Source of the DNA: Perkinsela sp. CCAP 1560/9
Taxonomy: Eukaryota > Protista > Euglenozoa: Kinetoplastea
Direction of reading: 5' to 3'
Assembly (NCBI GenBank): GCA_965644495.1
Contig: CBFFSA010000003.1
Span: 1,178,001 to 1,242,000 of the forward strand
DNA length: 64,000 nucleotides
The notes below the pieces were generated by a model. That model was not told the DNA's origin. It did not search any database and saw nothing but the letters and a program-made list of their open reading frames with translations. The translations under genes and the position numbers were made by a program. Shown here one piece after another: positions 1-9,640 of the stretch. Position 1 is the first letter of the stretch. Every line of letters starts with the position of its first letter.

Positions 1-411
1 ATTCTAACTTTTGTTTTCGATCACGTTTTTCTATTTCACTGACGGTTCTATTTTTATGCAATAAGATCTCAAATCGGTGTCCGAACTTTTTGTACCGAGC
101 TGTTACAACCCCTTCCATGGCAGCATGCTTTTCTTTCCGTATCGCACCCTTCATTTCTATTTGGGATATGTAGGTATTTTACTATGAGGTCAAACGATTT
201 CTTTGGTGAAAAATTGGGGTAATTCATGAATTCATAGGTTTACCGAACGTCGCAAAAGCTTTGCATCAACGACGTAAATAACTATTTCAGAATTTCTGAT
301 TTTTTTGTATAAATGTCGGTGCAGTGATCAACCTTTTCATGTAAAAAATAAACAATTGTAATAGTAAAACTTCAAAGCAAGATGATCCGAAATGCGTTGC
401 TTACTCCTTGC

Positions 412-1830
412 TTACTTTCGGTGTGCGGCTCGCAAATTCCTGCGCTCGTTAATGTTGAATCTTGAGTAGCTAGAATTTTCGCGCAGTCGATGGCCAGCCT
501 TCTTTTTGTAGTCTGCGCCAAGATAAGATCCACGGTCAGGATCTTGCTCGCGCATCAATTCACGTAAGTGCTGCTTGTTCCGAAGGCTCTTTGGTTTACC
601 AAAATCCCGTAACTGGTCCTCTCTTAATGCTAATGTCTTGTTTGTCCCATGCGCACCCCACCGAGGCTTTGGAATACTGTATCGGATTCCACGTGTATTA
701 ATACGGCGGCTCCAATTGATCCACATTTTGTGTTCCCCAGTATCTTTGTCAATGGAGTAGCTCACTTTCTTTAATGTGTTTCCTGATCCGCAACTGGGAC
801 AAAACTGACGATCACTGTCGTGCACTATTGTATAACATGCGTGACATCTCAATACCCATGTACGAATTCTTTTAATAATACGACCATCAGTCCCAATAAC
901 CGGAACGCCTAAGTGCATCAGTGCATTCTGCATGGAGAAATCAATTGTTAAACACGAAACGGTGGGCACATCCGCTGTGTGGATATCTTCTGCCGTAGGT
1001 ACATAAATTCGAGAATTGTCTTCGCAACTCAACTGCTTGATCCCTGAACTGTCTTGAGCAATGCGCTCCTGTAAGTTCTCGCTTGTTATCCAATCGTCAT
1101 CCTCTTTCTCGTTTTCTTCGTACTCTGCCCATTCCTCAGATGCCGAGTTTGTCTGACTTTCTATTTCGGTCTCAGAATTCTCGTCGCTGCAACATTCTTT
1201 TGACCTATTTTGCCCAACTTCACTCTTTTCCAACTCACTTTCTGTGCCATCTGCGGAATGTGAATCTTTTTCCTGCAACACGCCGGCCTCTTTGGCGAGT
1301 TGATAGGTCAGAGCCATAACTTTCAAATCTGTGCGACTGAGAGAAGAGAAATCGCCACTCTGTTTGGTGTGTGCAATGACCGTACTCACGGCGTTAGGGC
1401 CGGGGGAATGAACCTTGATCTCACAAAGAGCGTTTTGCAGTGCCTGTCGATGACGAGCATCACGTATCTCTCGTAGCACTTCCGGGACGGTGTAGATTTC
1501 ATCCGCTAATTCACTCCAGTTGGGTACACGAAGGAAGGCACCGGTGTCTAAGACAATACGCGAAGCCACAGGGCCAGTATCAGCATCTATGGGATGTATT
1601 CGCGTGTCATTACCACTTTGAAGGGCATCTACAGTAAAATTCGAATCGGATATTCTTGTTATCAGATTTTCAACGCCAGACTGCAGAGAGGAGTTCGCTG
1701 TTGATAAAACCACAGTGGGGGGTCGAAGGCTTTGAACAATGCTTTGAGATTTCTCGTCGGAATCAACTCCAGTTCCTTGCGAGGTCGGATTTTCCTTTTT
1801 CGATTCTCGCAATAGAGAGGCCCATGACAT
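412..1830 (-). CDS. NOB1: 20S pre-rRNA D-site endonuclease NOB1
   Basis: PIN motifs IVLDTGAFL, VPEVLREIRD, GDFSSLSRTD; acidic linker DDDWIT; TIDFSMQN; zinc ribbon RCHACY...FCPSCG; RGIRYSIPKP. Confidence 0.93.
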   Translation of the reverse strand: MSWASLLRESKKENPTSQGTGVDSDEKSQSIVQSLRPPTVVLSTANSSLQSGVENLITRISDSNFTVDALQSGNDTRIHPIDADTGPVASRIVLDTGAFLRVPNWSELADEIYTVPEVLREIRDARHRQALQNALCEIKVHSPGPNAVSTVIAHTKQSGDFSSLSRTDLKVMALTYQLAKEAGVLQEKDSHSADGTESELEKSEVGQNRSKECCSDENSETEIESQTNSASEEWAEYEENEKEDDDWITSENLQERIAQDSSGIKQLSCEDNSRIYVPTAEDIHTADVPTVSCLTIDFSMQNALMHLGVPVIGTDGRIIKRIRTWVLRCHACYTIVHDSDRQFCPSCGSGNTLKKVSYSIDKDTGEHKMWINWSRRINTRGIRYSIPKPRWGAHGTNKTLALREDQLRDFGKPKSLRNKQHLRELMREQDPDRGSYLGADYKKKAGHRLRENSSYSRFNINERRNLRAAHRK

Positions 1831-2421
1831 TAATGAAAAGGTGCAGTGTCTGCAAAAATGTCTAGGTTTGTGATCAATTAAAAGTATTGTTCTGCGAGTA
1901 AAACAAAATATAACCGTTAGCCGTGCTTAAAGATTAAGGAGATCAACTATCTTTGTAAAAGTTTCGCGTACGCGCACAAAATATATAGTGACTTATTCTT
2001 TTGTGATTTTATAGCATCACACTATTTTAGTAATGTTTAGTATCAAATTCAATGATTTGAGGCCACGCGGCGTGTTATAAATTCATAATATGAATTTATA
2101 CGCTATATAATATACACTATAATAAAGTACTACATAATAAATTATATAGTGTACAATTTTTCTTCAGATCAAAAATTTGAAAAAAGGAGGAAACAAATCC
2201 AAAATATGTACAGTCCATTATCTAATACGGAGCAATCGAAATGCAGTATTTGATCTGTGCTCTAGCGCTTGAAGCATTTGATTGTGAAGAAAGCAAAAAA
2301 GGTAGCAAAATTTTCGCCGCATACAACAGGTTTTGTTCTCTCTTCTCTATCAGAGAGCCAGTACAATTGAAAGTCCGGTAAAATTTAAGGTCAGCCGCAT
2401 TTATTTACTTTCATACCAGTA

Positions 2422-2541
2422 TTAACCGCTTTGGCACCCGCATTTGCACTCCGGACAATTACAAAGGCATTTTTTCCCGTCGGAGCTACAAGTGTCACAA
2501 CCACATGAACACGATTTATTCGTACTGTTAGTCTCGGCCAT
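2422..2541 (-). CDS. Metallothionein-like peptide (39 aa)
   Basis: From ATG 2541: MAETNSTNKSCSCGCDTCSSDGKKCLCNCPECKCGCQSG; 10 Cys in CxC/CxxC clusters, no aromatic residues; same strand as neighbours. Confidence 0.7.
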   Translation of the reverse strand: MAETNSTNKSCSCGCDTCSSDGKKCLCNCPECKCGCQSG

Positions 2542-2975
2542 CAAGTCAGTAATATAAACAAGTGAAAAATAATTTCTTTTGACAGAAAAGTCTTTTGCCG
2601 TTTTAGATGGCAAGTCAAGTGATAATCAACCATGAACGAAGTATTCGTTTTTAGTTAAGTAAAGTGTAACACTACTAGATACGCCCTAAACGTAAAGTAC
2701 ATTTTTAAATGCGTTTTAATGACCGTTGCATACCCCCCGATTCAAGAACTATTCTATTATTTCAATCAATAATCCTAATTAGCTTTCTAACGTTATTAGA
2801 CTAGATTAACTCTATTCTTTCTTATTGTAAAGGAACTCTTGAAATTGTCCCGTGAGACTCTTGAAACCATTCGCGTGAAGTATTCGATTTTACCAATCTG
2901 GAGTCGAACAGCTATATGTATATCACAACGATGTTTTTCTACATATTTCTATAGCTCCTACGTATTTACAAGCTC

Positions 2976-4553
2976 CTACTTCATCATTGCATCAAAAAAT
3001 GAAGCTAATGCTACTAAAGTTGTAGAGCACATACAATACACTGCATCCCACTGATTCGTGGATGCCAAACTAAGAGACGAACTGCTCAGAAAAGAGTAAA
3101 CTCCACAGCAATATGTAAAAAAAGTAACCAGTGGGTTTTTTGCGTCCAAGGACACATCGTCTTCCGGATCCTCGTCAGCGTACACAACCGAGTAGTCTGA
3201 GGAGACATCCTTACTGCTCTCTATGTCAGATACTTCCTGATCCAGCATGCACTCACATTCCACGTCGTCCGGACGTCGAAATCTTTGAGGGATAGGGCAC
3301 GTCTTAAAAGGATTGTCCTCATGATAGACTATTTCCGAAACTCTTTCTTGAATTGCTTCTGCCATTTCTTGTGCATTGTGGTGAAAAACATCAGCAATTT
3401 CCTCAGGGGCAAACCCGAAGGCCGGCATGCAGTCTTCCTGGCACTCCGCAGCGAGGCTCAGCGACATGCCGTGATGTTGCTCTAGATGTTGCAGCCGAAG
3501 CTTCGCTGTCTGTTTCCACTCCATATGAGAGAACTTTAATGTTGGGGCATCCCCGAAGGAGGACAAATGTGCCTCGGACAGCTTGGCCTTCGACTTACTA
3601 AAGTCCTCAAAACACGGACAGTGTAATTGTGAAAAGAAAGTGGTAATCACCTCCTCCCGTAGCGACTCAGAGGCATGACTTTCCCAAGGTGTGGGACGGC
3701 ACCACCCATGGGGGTAACTCATCTCCATACTCCTTTTTTCTCCGGAATCTTCCAATCCTCTCCCCTCATCCTCATTGTCATAGTAAATCCGACCCGTAGC
3801 GGAGAGGTCGCCCATTTCCGCCGGCGAGATCGGAGGCAGCACAGAAATCGGGGCCGGAATGCGTATCTGCTCCGCTACACTTTCCGTGGAGTACTCCCCA
3901 GAGGCCACACTCTGCATACTTTTTCGTGCGCTCCTCCTTGGGGTGTTCATCCCGTCAAACCTACGTGCCCGTCGGCGGCTCGCGCATCGCACCACACGAT
4001 TCCCCTTCAGCGCCTCCCGACACACCTGTAAATGCGTCGCGGCCAGTGGGACGTTCACGAACAGATCAGCTTGATGCAACACCCCTCCAGAGGGGCCCAT
4101 GATCAAATTATAGTCCTCCTTTACTACGCATTGAAACACCTCCCGCAGTGTCGTGTAGCGTCCTGTATTTTGACGCCCTCCGGGGTTTCGCTCTTGTTCT
4201 TTACTCATCGAGTCCCACCAGGAGGAGGCATGGGTACGAAACCCGCCCGTGGTACCACACCGTGTCGGGTGTTCCCCATACGCACACATGTAGGCTGTGC
4301 CACGACCGAACAGATTAGTGTGGGTGCTGGGGTAGAGATAGACGACCCGGAAGTCATCACTCTCCGGGGACTCGTTTCCCGTTTCCCCTGTGGGAGCACA
4401 CTGGAGGAGGGAGGAGAAACGGTCCGTGAGAGTGGGGAATTCAGGTTTCTTCTCAAAGGCCCGTAGCGCACAGCGGTGGTCGACCTGGGCATACGGGACA
4501 GCACGCTGAGGGGTGGAGGCCGCGGAGAGGAGGAGGAGAGCGGGAAAGAACAT
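2976..4553 (-). CDS. Orphan protein with N-terminal signal peptide and C-terminal hydrophobic segments; paralogous to 4860..5534
   Basis: 525-aa ORF starting MFFPALLLLSAAST; C-terminal DVSSDYSVVYADED...TYCCGVYS...NQWDAV shared with the neighbour. Confidence 0.75.
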   Translation of the reverse strand: MFFPALLLLSAASTPQRAVPYAQVDHRCALRAFEKKPEFPTLTDRFSSLLQCAPTGETGNESPESDDFRVVYLYPSTHTNLFGRGTAYMCAYGEHPTRCGTTGGFRTHASSWWDSMSKEQERNPGGRQNTGRYTTLREVFQCVVKEDYNLIMGPSGGVLHQADLFVNVPLAATHLQVCREALKGNRVVRCASRRRARRFDGMNTPRRSARKSMQSVASGEYSTESVAEQIRIPAPISVLPPISPAEMGDLSATGRIYYDNEDEGRGLEDSGEKRSMEMSYPHGWCRPTPWESHASESLREEVITTFFSQLHCPCFEDFSKSKAKLSEAHLSSFGDAPTLKFSHMEWKQTAKLRLQHLEQHHGMSLSLAAECQEDCMPAFGFAPEEIADVFHHNAQEMAEAIQERVSEIVYHEDNPFKTCPIPQRFRRPDDVECECMLDQEVSDIESSKDVSSDYSVVYADEDPEDDVSLDAKNPLVTFFTYCCGVYSFLSSSSLSLASTNQWDAVYCMCSTTLVALASFFDAMMK

Positions 4554-4859
4554 GGATGCGTGTGAAAGGTAATAAAGGATTGTAAAATAATAAGCAGAAC
4601 GGTTCTCTTTTTTGTTTGATATTCATATAAATATTCGGATAAATTTTAATGTGAGAAAGAGAGAGTATTGGAGAGTAAATGAGGACATGTCGGGTGTGTG
4701 CCTTCAAAAGAGACTACTTCTGTGTTGACGCAGATGCTTCGAGCATCAGCATCAACACAACGCACCTACAATCTGAAACTAGGGAGCCATATCTTGTCGG
4801 GGGCAAACGGCTCTGTGTTGGGAAAACTCTGTACTTTTCTTTTTAGTTCACCAGATATT

Positions 4860-5534
4860 TTAAAAACCATCATCGGTCAGATGTGCTATACATGAACACA
4901 CAAAAAGATAACACACACAACATCCCACAACATACGGATGTGTTGACGCTGCGCTAAGAGCCAAAATGCTCATCAGAGGAGCAAATCCAACGCAATATGC
5001 CAAGAAATTCAGCATGGCCGTGTACACATCAATTTCCGAGTCCCCGTAAGTCAGAACTCCGTCTCGAATATTATCCGCCATTTTCTCAGCTTCATGTTGA
5101 ATACCATTCTCAGTTTCCTGCGAAACACATCCGCATGGTGACACACCGTCCTCATGCGATTCCTCTAAGAGGCTGACGGACACCATTGCGTCGACAAAGG
5201 TTGCAATGGCAACAAACACAGTAGAAGATATCCAGCATACCGCATTCCACTGATTCATGAAAGCCAAGCCAAGGGTTGAACCGCTAAAAAGAGAATAAAT
5301 TCCGCAGCAATAGGTCAAAAAAGGTAGTGATGAATTCTCTGCGTACACATCGGCTTCCAGGTCCTCGTCAGCATACAGGACCGAGTAGTCTGCGGAGACG
5401 TCAGTGGTATTCTCCAGCTCACGGCCGACTTCGGCGTCCGGTGTGGCGCGCCGTATGGTGGAATCGACCGAGCCGACGAGGTAAGTGGGTAAGCAGAGAT
5501 TAAAAAACAGAAAAAGGTGAAGCAGGAAGAACAT
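4860..5534 (-). CDS. Orphan membrane protein, paralog of 2976..4553
   Basis: Hydrophobic N-terminus; DVSADYSVLYADED...TYCCGIYS...NQWNAV; further hydrophobic segments at C-terminus; start codon uncertain. Confidence 0.65.
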   Translation of the reverse strand: MFFLLHLFLFFNLCLPTYLVGSVDSTIRRATPDAEVGRELENTTDVSADYSVLYADEDLEADVYAENSSLPFLTYCCGIYSLFSGSTLGLAFMNQWNAVCWISSTVFVAIATFVDAMVSVSLLEESHEDGVSPCGCVSQETENGIQHEAEKMADNIRDGVLTYGDSEIDVYTAMLNFLAYCVGFAPLMSILALSAASTHPYVVGCCVCYLFVCSCIAHLTDDGF

Positions 5535-6189
5535 ACGAAAAAAACGTATTTTGCAGTAAGAAAGAAAATGGTGAATGTTGAGCTTCGGAGAGGAATCGAG
5601 TCATTAGGAATTTTTCCGCATCTTATCCATAGTGTTAGTCAAAAGTTTCTTGAGCTTCGTGGACCAAAAGACGAGGGCACATTTGAAATATCCAGTCGTC
5701 TTCGCTGACTGTGCCACTAAACGTGGAGGTAGTTTTCAACGTGAAGCACGCAGAAATGCGGTACTCAAAATTTCTAAAAGTCATCCATGTGACGAACACA
5801 CACTACATGTGCCATGTGATGAATAATACGAAAGACTCGTTGAAATTCAGCTTTACAATTCAATGAATTGCAAATGCATGGGCTGGTGCTGCTGTTGAGT
5901 AGTAAACTCTAACATTGAATTGTCTCTACCCAGGTAGTCGAGCTTTCAGTGGTATTCCGATCGCCTCCAAACCTGCATTCTACCGATGTAGGCAACATCA
6001 GAACCGTACGACAAACAGGTTAGTAAATTGTAAATACGAATTCGAAGGCATTGCTGTAGAGGCATGTGTAGGAATGTTTTGCGCACTGTCATAGATACAT
6101 CATGAGAACTGTGAGTAACTGATACACACTTTTCAGTTCCCCAAGTTTCCTATCGGAAACGAACTCTGTAGACACTCAACTAAGTATTA

Positions 6190-7098
6190 TTACCTGGATT
6201 GAAAAGCTCCAAGAATAATGTACACAGTCCAGAATAAAATCTTTCCTAATGCTTTCAAAGGCCATAAAATTCCGGAACACGCTGTTAAAATAGCGCATGT
6301 CCAGGACACCCAACACATAAAACAGCAGCATCCCAAGCTGCAAGGACCACATGAACAGGAAGTATCAATCTCGTCATCCAAGTGTGTGGGCTTATGGTTC
6401 CTTTCCTCCGTATAGTAGGATGACCCAGACACGGGTAAATAGCGCAGTGGATAGAACTCTGTAGTCGGTGGATGCTCCCGGTAAGAGTTCTCCGTTTTTG
6501 AAGCCTCGTACCAAGAGCTTGAACCTTGAAAGTAACTTCGTTCGGTGTCGAACGCAAAAGAGGTTCCAGGTGGGTTGTGCATAAGATTCCTAGGTCTTGA
6601 TTCTGAGCTGCGGAAACTGTGAGGCCGTGAAGCGCTAGATTGCGAACCTATTCTCATTGTGTGATGACGAGGATTTTCTCGTATCAGAGGTTTGTCCTCG
6701 GTAGGGGCTCTTACACAAGAAGGATCCCATGAAGAGGCAGATTCTGCGTCGTCTCGATCCGCAACGTGGGGTATGGGAGAAAGGTTATCAAGGCGAGTAC
6801 AATTCGGGTCTGCCGATAATCGTGATTTCTGGGTCCAAGTCTTTCCTGTTCTTTTTCCAATTGGAAACTTTATACCTCTTTTGCTCTTATGTGTGCCTCG
6901 TGAAAAGCGTTCATCGACAATTTTGTCGTAACTCGAAGGAACGGCTATCTCAGGCTCACTTTTCTTACTTCGCCTTCTATGGGTACTCCCAACACCATCT
7001 TGAAATCGGGGCCTCATTTCACAAAAGATAGCCAATGCAAACCATGTAAGGTAGAGGACACGTCCTGTCTGAGAGCTTGAGCGCATTCTACCGACCAA
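6190..7098 (-). CDS. Orphan protein, N-terminal TM/signal, disordered middle, Cys-rich C-terminal TM region
   Basis: 302-aa ORF; VLYLTWFALAIFC near N-terminus; SCSCGPCSLGCCCFMCWVSWTCAIL...LFWTVYIILGAF at C-terminus; ATG start probably ~7086. Confidence 0.65.
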   Translation of the reverse strand: MVGRMRSSSQTGRVLYLTWFALAIFCEMRPRFQDGVGSTHRRRSKKSEPEIAVPSSYDKIVDERFSRGTHKSKRGIKFPIGKRTGKTWTQKSRLSADPNCTRLDNLSPIPHVADRDDAESASSWDPSCVRAPTEDKPLIRENPRHHTMRIGSQSSASRPHSFRSSESRPRNLMHNPPGTSFAFDTERSYFQGSSSWYEASKTENSYREHPPTTEFYPLRYLPVSGSSYYTEERNHKPTHLDDEIDTSCSCGPCSLGCCCFMCWVSWTCAILTACSGILWPLKALGKILFWTVYIILGAFQSR

Positions 7099-7374
7099 AT
7101 GACACCGCTCTTATCCGTTCACTGAATAAAACATGGACTACTTAATGACACAAATAAACAGTACTGCATGTAATTTGAGTAGACTGCTTTAACATAGGTC
7201 AAATATGGCGTTGATGGCAAAATACAATTTCATTTTTTCTTCAAAACAAATTAATTGTAGTGCAATAATAGTAATGCGACTGAGAAAAACATTATCTTTT
7301 GTACTTAGCTCGGTATTACACTGCAAGCGTACTGCAGCTTGGTATCCTTCACGTTGTCAAGACTTCGACGGTAT

Positions 7375-9465
7375 TCAAGGTGCGCGTGACTCTATGTGGT
7401 AAAGAAGTTCATTGGCTCCCCGAAGAAAATGCAGACTCGATTTCGGAGTATTGGAACAAGTCGATTGTGAACGAATCCTTTTTCCAATAAGATTTTTCTC
7501 AGAGTTACTTGTATTGATACTTTGCAGGACATTGCTTACACCATTTTGAGGGATACCCGACACTCTCACCTGAGAGTTTGGGTCTTTGTTGGTAAGCTGA
7601 GATGCAAGATACGTCGTAATGATATCTCCGTGTGAGCGATTGTCACACAATAAAGTCAGAAACGATACAAACTTGGATGGAGATATGAAACGCTGCTCCA
7701 TTAAGGTGTGCAAAAGAGAGATCACTTCCTCCTCCACTGTAGGGGCATGAAGACGACTGCAACCTCCTTCTCTTGAGCGCACGTCCTCCTGCGATGCTCC
7801 ATTAAGGTTTACAGCATCTGCACTCTTTTGTGTATTCGATTCAGTAGCTGAATTTTCACCTTTGACTTCCAGCGAAGGAAGATTCCCCAATCTAGGTGTC
7901 GGGACGCTCTCCGATTTTCGCTCGTACAACTGAATAAAATTAAATGAGATAATACTACTCGGGATGGCTAACAGCACTACCCCGACGATCATGGCAATCA
8001 AAGAAAGCAGCTTTCCGGGGGAAGAAATAGGTAATTCATCCCCGTACCCGACCGTGAGCAATGTGGCCAAGGACCACCAAAGGGAGTGAAATGCACTCTG
8101 AAATGGGGATAGGACATAACAATCTAACCCAGGGCTAGAACCATTGGGCCTCAACCAAGCTTGACGTTCCGAGTCAAACACGGAGTATTGACATTCAGTA
8201 TGAAAAAGTAGCAAGCTAAAGAACAAGGCAAGACTGAAGAGCTGCAGGGGAGCAAGAAAAAGAAGGGAACGGCTGTGGGATATGGCAAGAAAGATAACGT
8301 GTAGGCCTGGAATGTGACGCATGGCGCGAATCACACGTAGGACACGAAGCGCGCGAAAAAGGGGAAATCGAAATAAAAGACTCCAGTGGGACAGGAGATA
8401 ACCTATAAGAGATGGGAGTATAGCAAACAAGTCAATGATATTCCACATAGAGTGAGTAAAGAAACGGAGGCGGTGTGGAGTGGCCCAGACTCGTACGGAT
8501 AGTTCGACCAAAAAATATGCAACCAAGAAACATTCAAGCTGGTGCCATGGAGGTTGACCCTGCGACGCAGCCATGTAGTATTGTGGGGTACTCTCAAGTA
8601 GAAGGACGACCGTCGACATGATTATCATAAAAATCGAACCCAGAAACAGCGTTCTATTCCAAAATGATTGCGGCGAGACAGCATCATCGTCGAATATCCG
8701 TCTCACTTCATGTTTGATTCGAGTAAGCAAAGCTTTTGATGGGAGGAACCTTGAAGTCTTAGACTGCTTGGTAGGTTGAACAGAAATATCGTGCTGAGGT
8801 GTATCGCTCGTTCTCATAGGCTCGACCCCTTTTCTTATCAAGAATTCTGCTCCTAAAGACGGACTTGTCGTGTGTACTTCGTCTGGGACAGTGTCCAGTG
8901 CTGCCTCTTCCGTAGATTTTTCTTCAAAGGATTCTTCAGATGGCTTTTCCGTCCCTAACAACACGTCATGTTGATCATATTCGTCTCCTCTTTTGTCACG
9001 ATCCTTTCTTCGAGTTTCAAAAGATTTTTCGGACAGCGCATCTGGTCTTGAAGGTTGTTTCGAAGATTTCGAGGGCAACAAAGTACTTTTCACCCGTCGC
9101 TGCGGACTACTCGCTAAGTCTGTCAAAGAAGAGTCTCCAAGATAGGCAGCGTGCACAGAACGTGATGGGACTGTTGAAATAGCTCTTGCTCCCTGGATCC
9201 TTGATACAGTCCCGGAAGAGCTTTGTGCCCCATAAGAGTGTCGGGCAAGGAGAATATTCTTCACTCGTTCAATCTCTTCTGGCTGATCGGGGCGCAACTT
9301 GGGTTTTCTAATGAGTCGTGACACTTTACGCCTGGGTTCCTCGACAGAGCGATGCAAGTTCTCCATTGTTACAGTCATTGGCACAACACGTTTTTCATCT
9401 TCCTCCTGGGAACGACGCACAGCGTCTTGTGCACTACTTCCTATACCACCCGCTACAAAAGACAT
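7375..9465 (-). CDS. Voltage-gated (Kv-like, 6TM) potassium channel
   Basis: S3 WNIIDLFAILP, S4 FRALRVLRVIRAMR, pore WWSLATLLTVGYGD, S6 LLAIPSSII; first in-frame ATG at 9465. Confidence 0.9.
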   Translation of the reverse strand: MSFVAGGIGSSAQDAVRRSQEEDEKRVVPMTVTMENLHRSVEEPRRKVSRLIRKPKLRPDQPEEIERVKNILLARHSYGAQSSSGTVSRIQGARAISTVPSRSVHAAYLGDSSLTDLASSPQRRVKSTLLPSKSSKQPSRPDALSEKSFETRRKDRDKRGDEYDQHDVLLGTEKPSEESFEEKSTEEAALDTVPDEVHTTSPSLGAEFLIRKGVEPMRTSDTPQHDISVQPTKQSKTSRFLPSKALLTRIKHEVRRIFDDDAVSPQSFWNRTLFLGSIFMIIMSTVVLLLESTPQYYMAASQGQPPWHQLECFLVAYFLVELSVRVWATPHRLRFFTHSMWNIIDLFAILPSLIGYLLSHWSLLFRFPLFRALRVLRVIRAMRHIPGLHVIFLAISHSRSLLFLAPLQLFSLALFFSLLLFHTECQYSVFDSERQAWLRPNGSSPGLDCYVLSPFQSAFHSLWWSLATLLTVGYGDELPISSPGKLLSLIAMIVGVVLLAIPSSIISFNFIQLYERKSESVPTPRLGNLPSLEVKGENSATESNTQKSADAVNLNGASQEDVRSREGGCSRLHAPTVEEEVISLLHTLMEQRFISPSKFVSFLTLLCDNRSHGDIITTYLASQLTNKDPNSQVRVSGIPQNGVSNVLQSINTSNSEKNLIGKRIRSQSTCSNTPKSSLHFLRGANELLYHIESRAP

Positions 9466-9640
9466 CGCTTCATGAAGTACAAGTACACCGTATAAAAATA
9501 CCTTACGATCTAATAGATAAAACACTAGAACGGGGGAACCAAAAGGTCTGAATGGATTGACATAATAGGAAGAATATTGCTTTGCGATACGTGAAGCCAA
9601 ATATCGTGATTGTTTAATGAGACAGGTAAGATTGAGAAAA

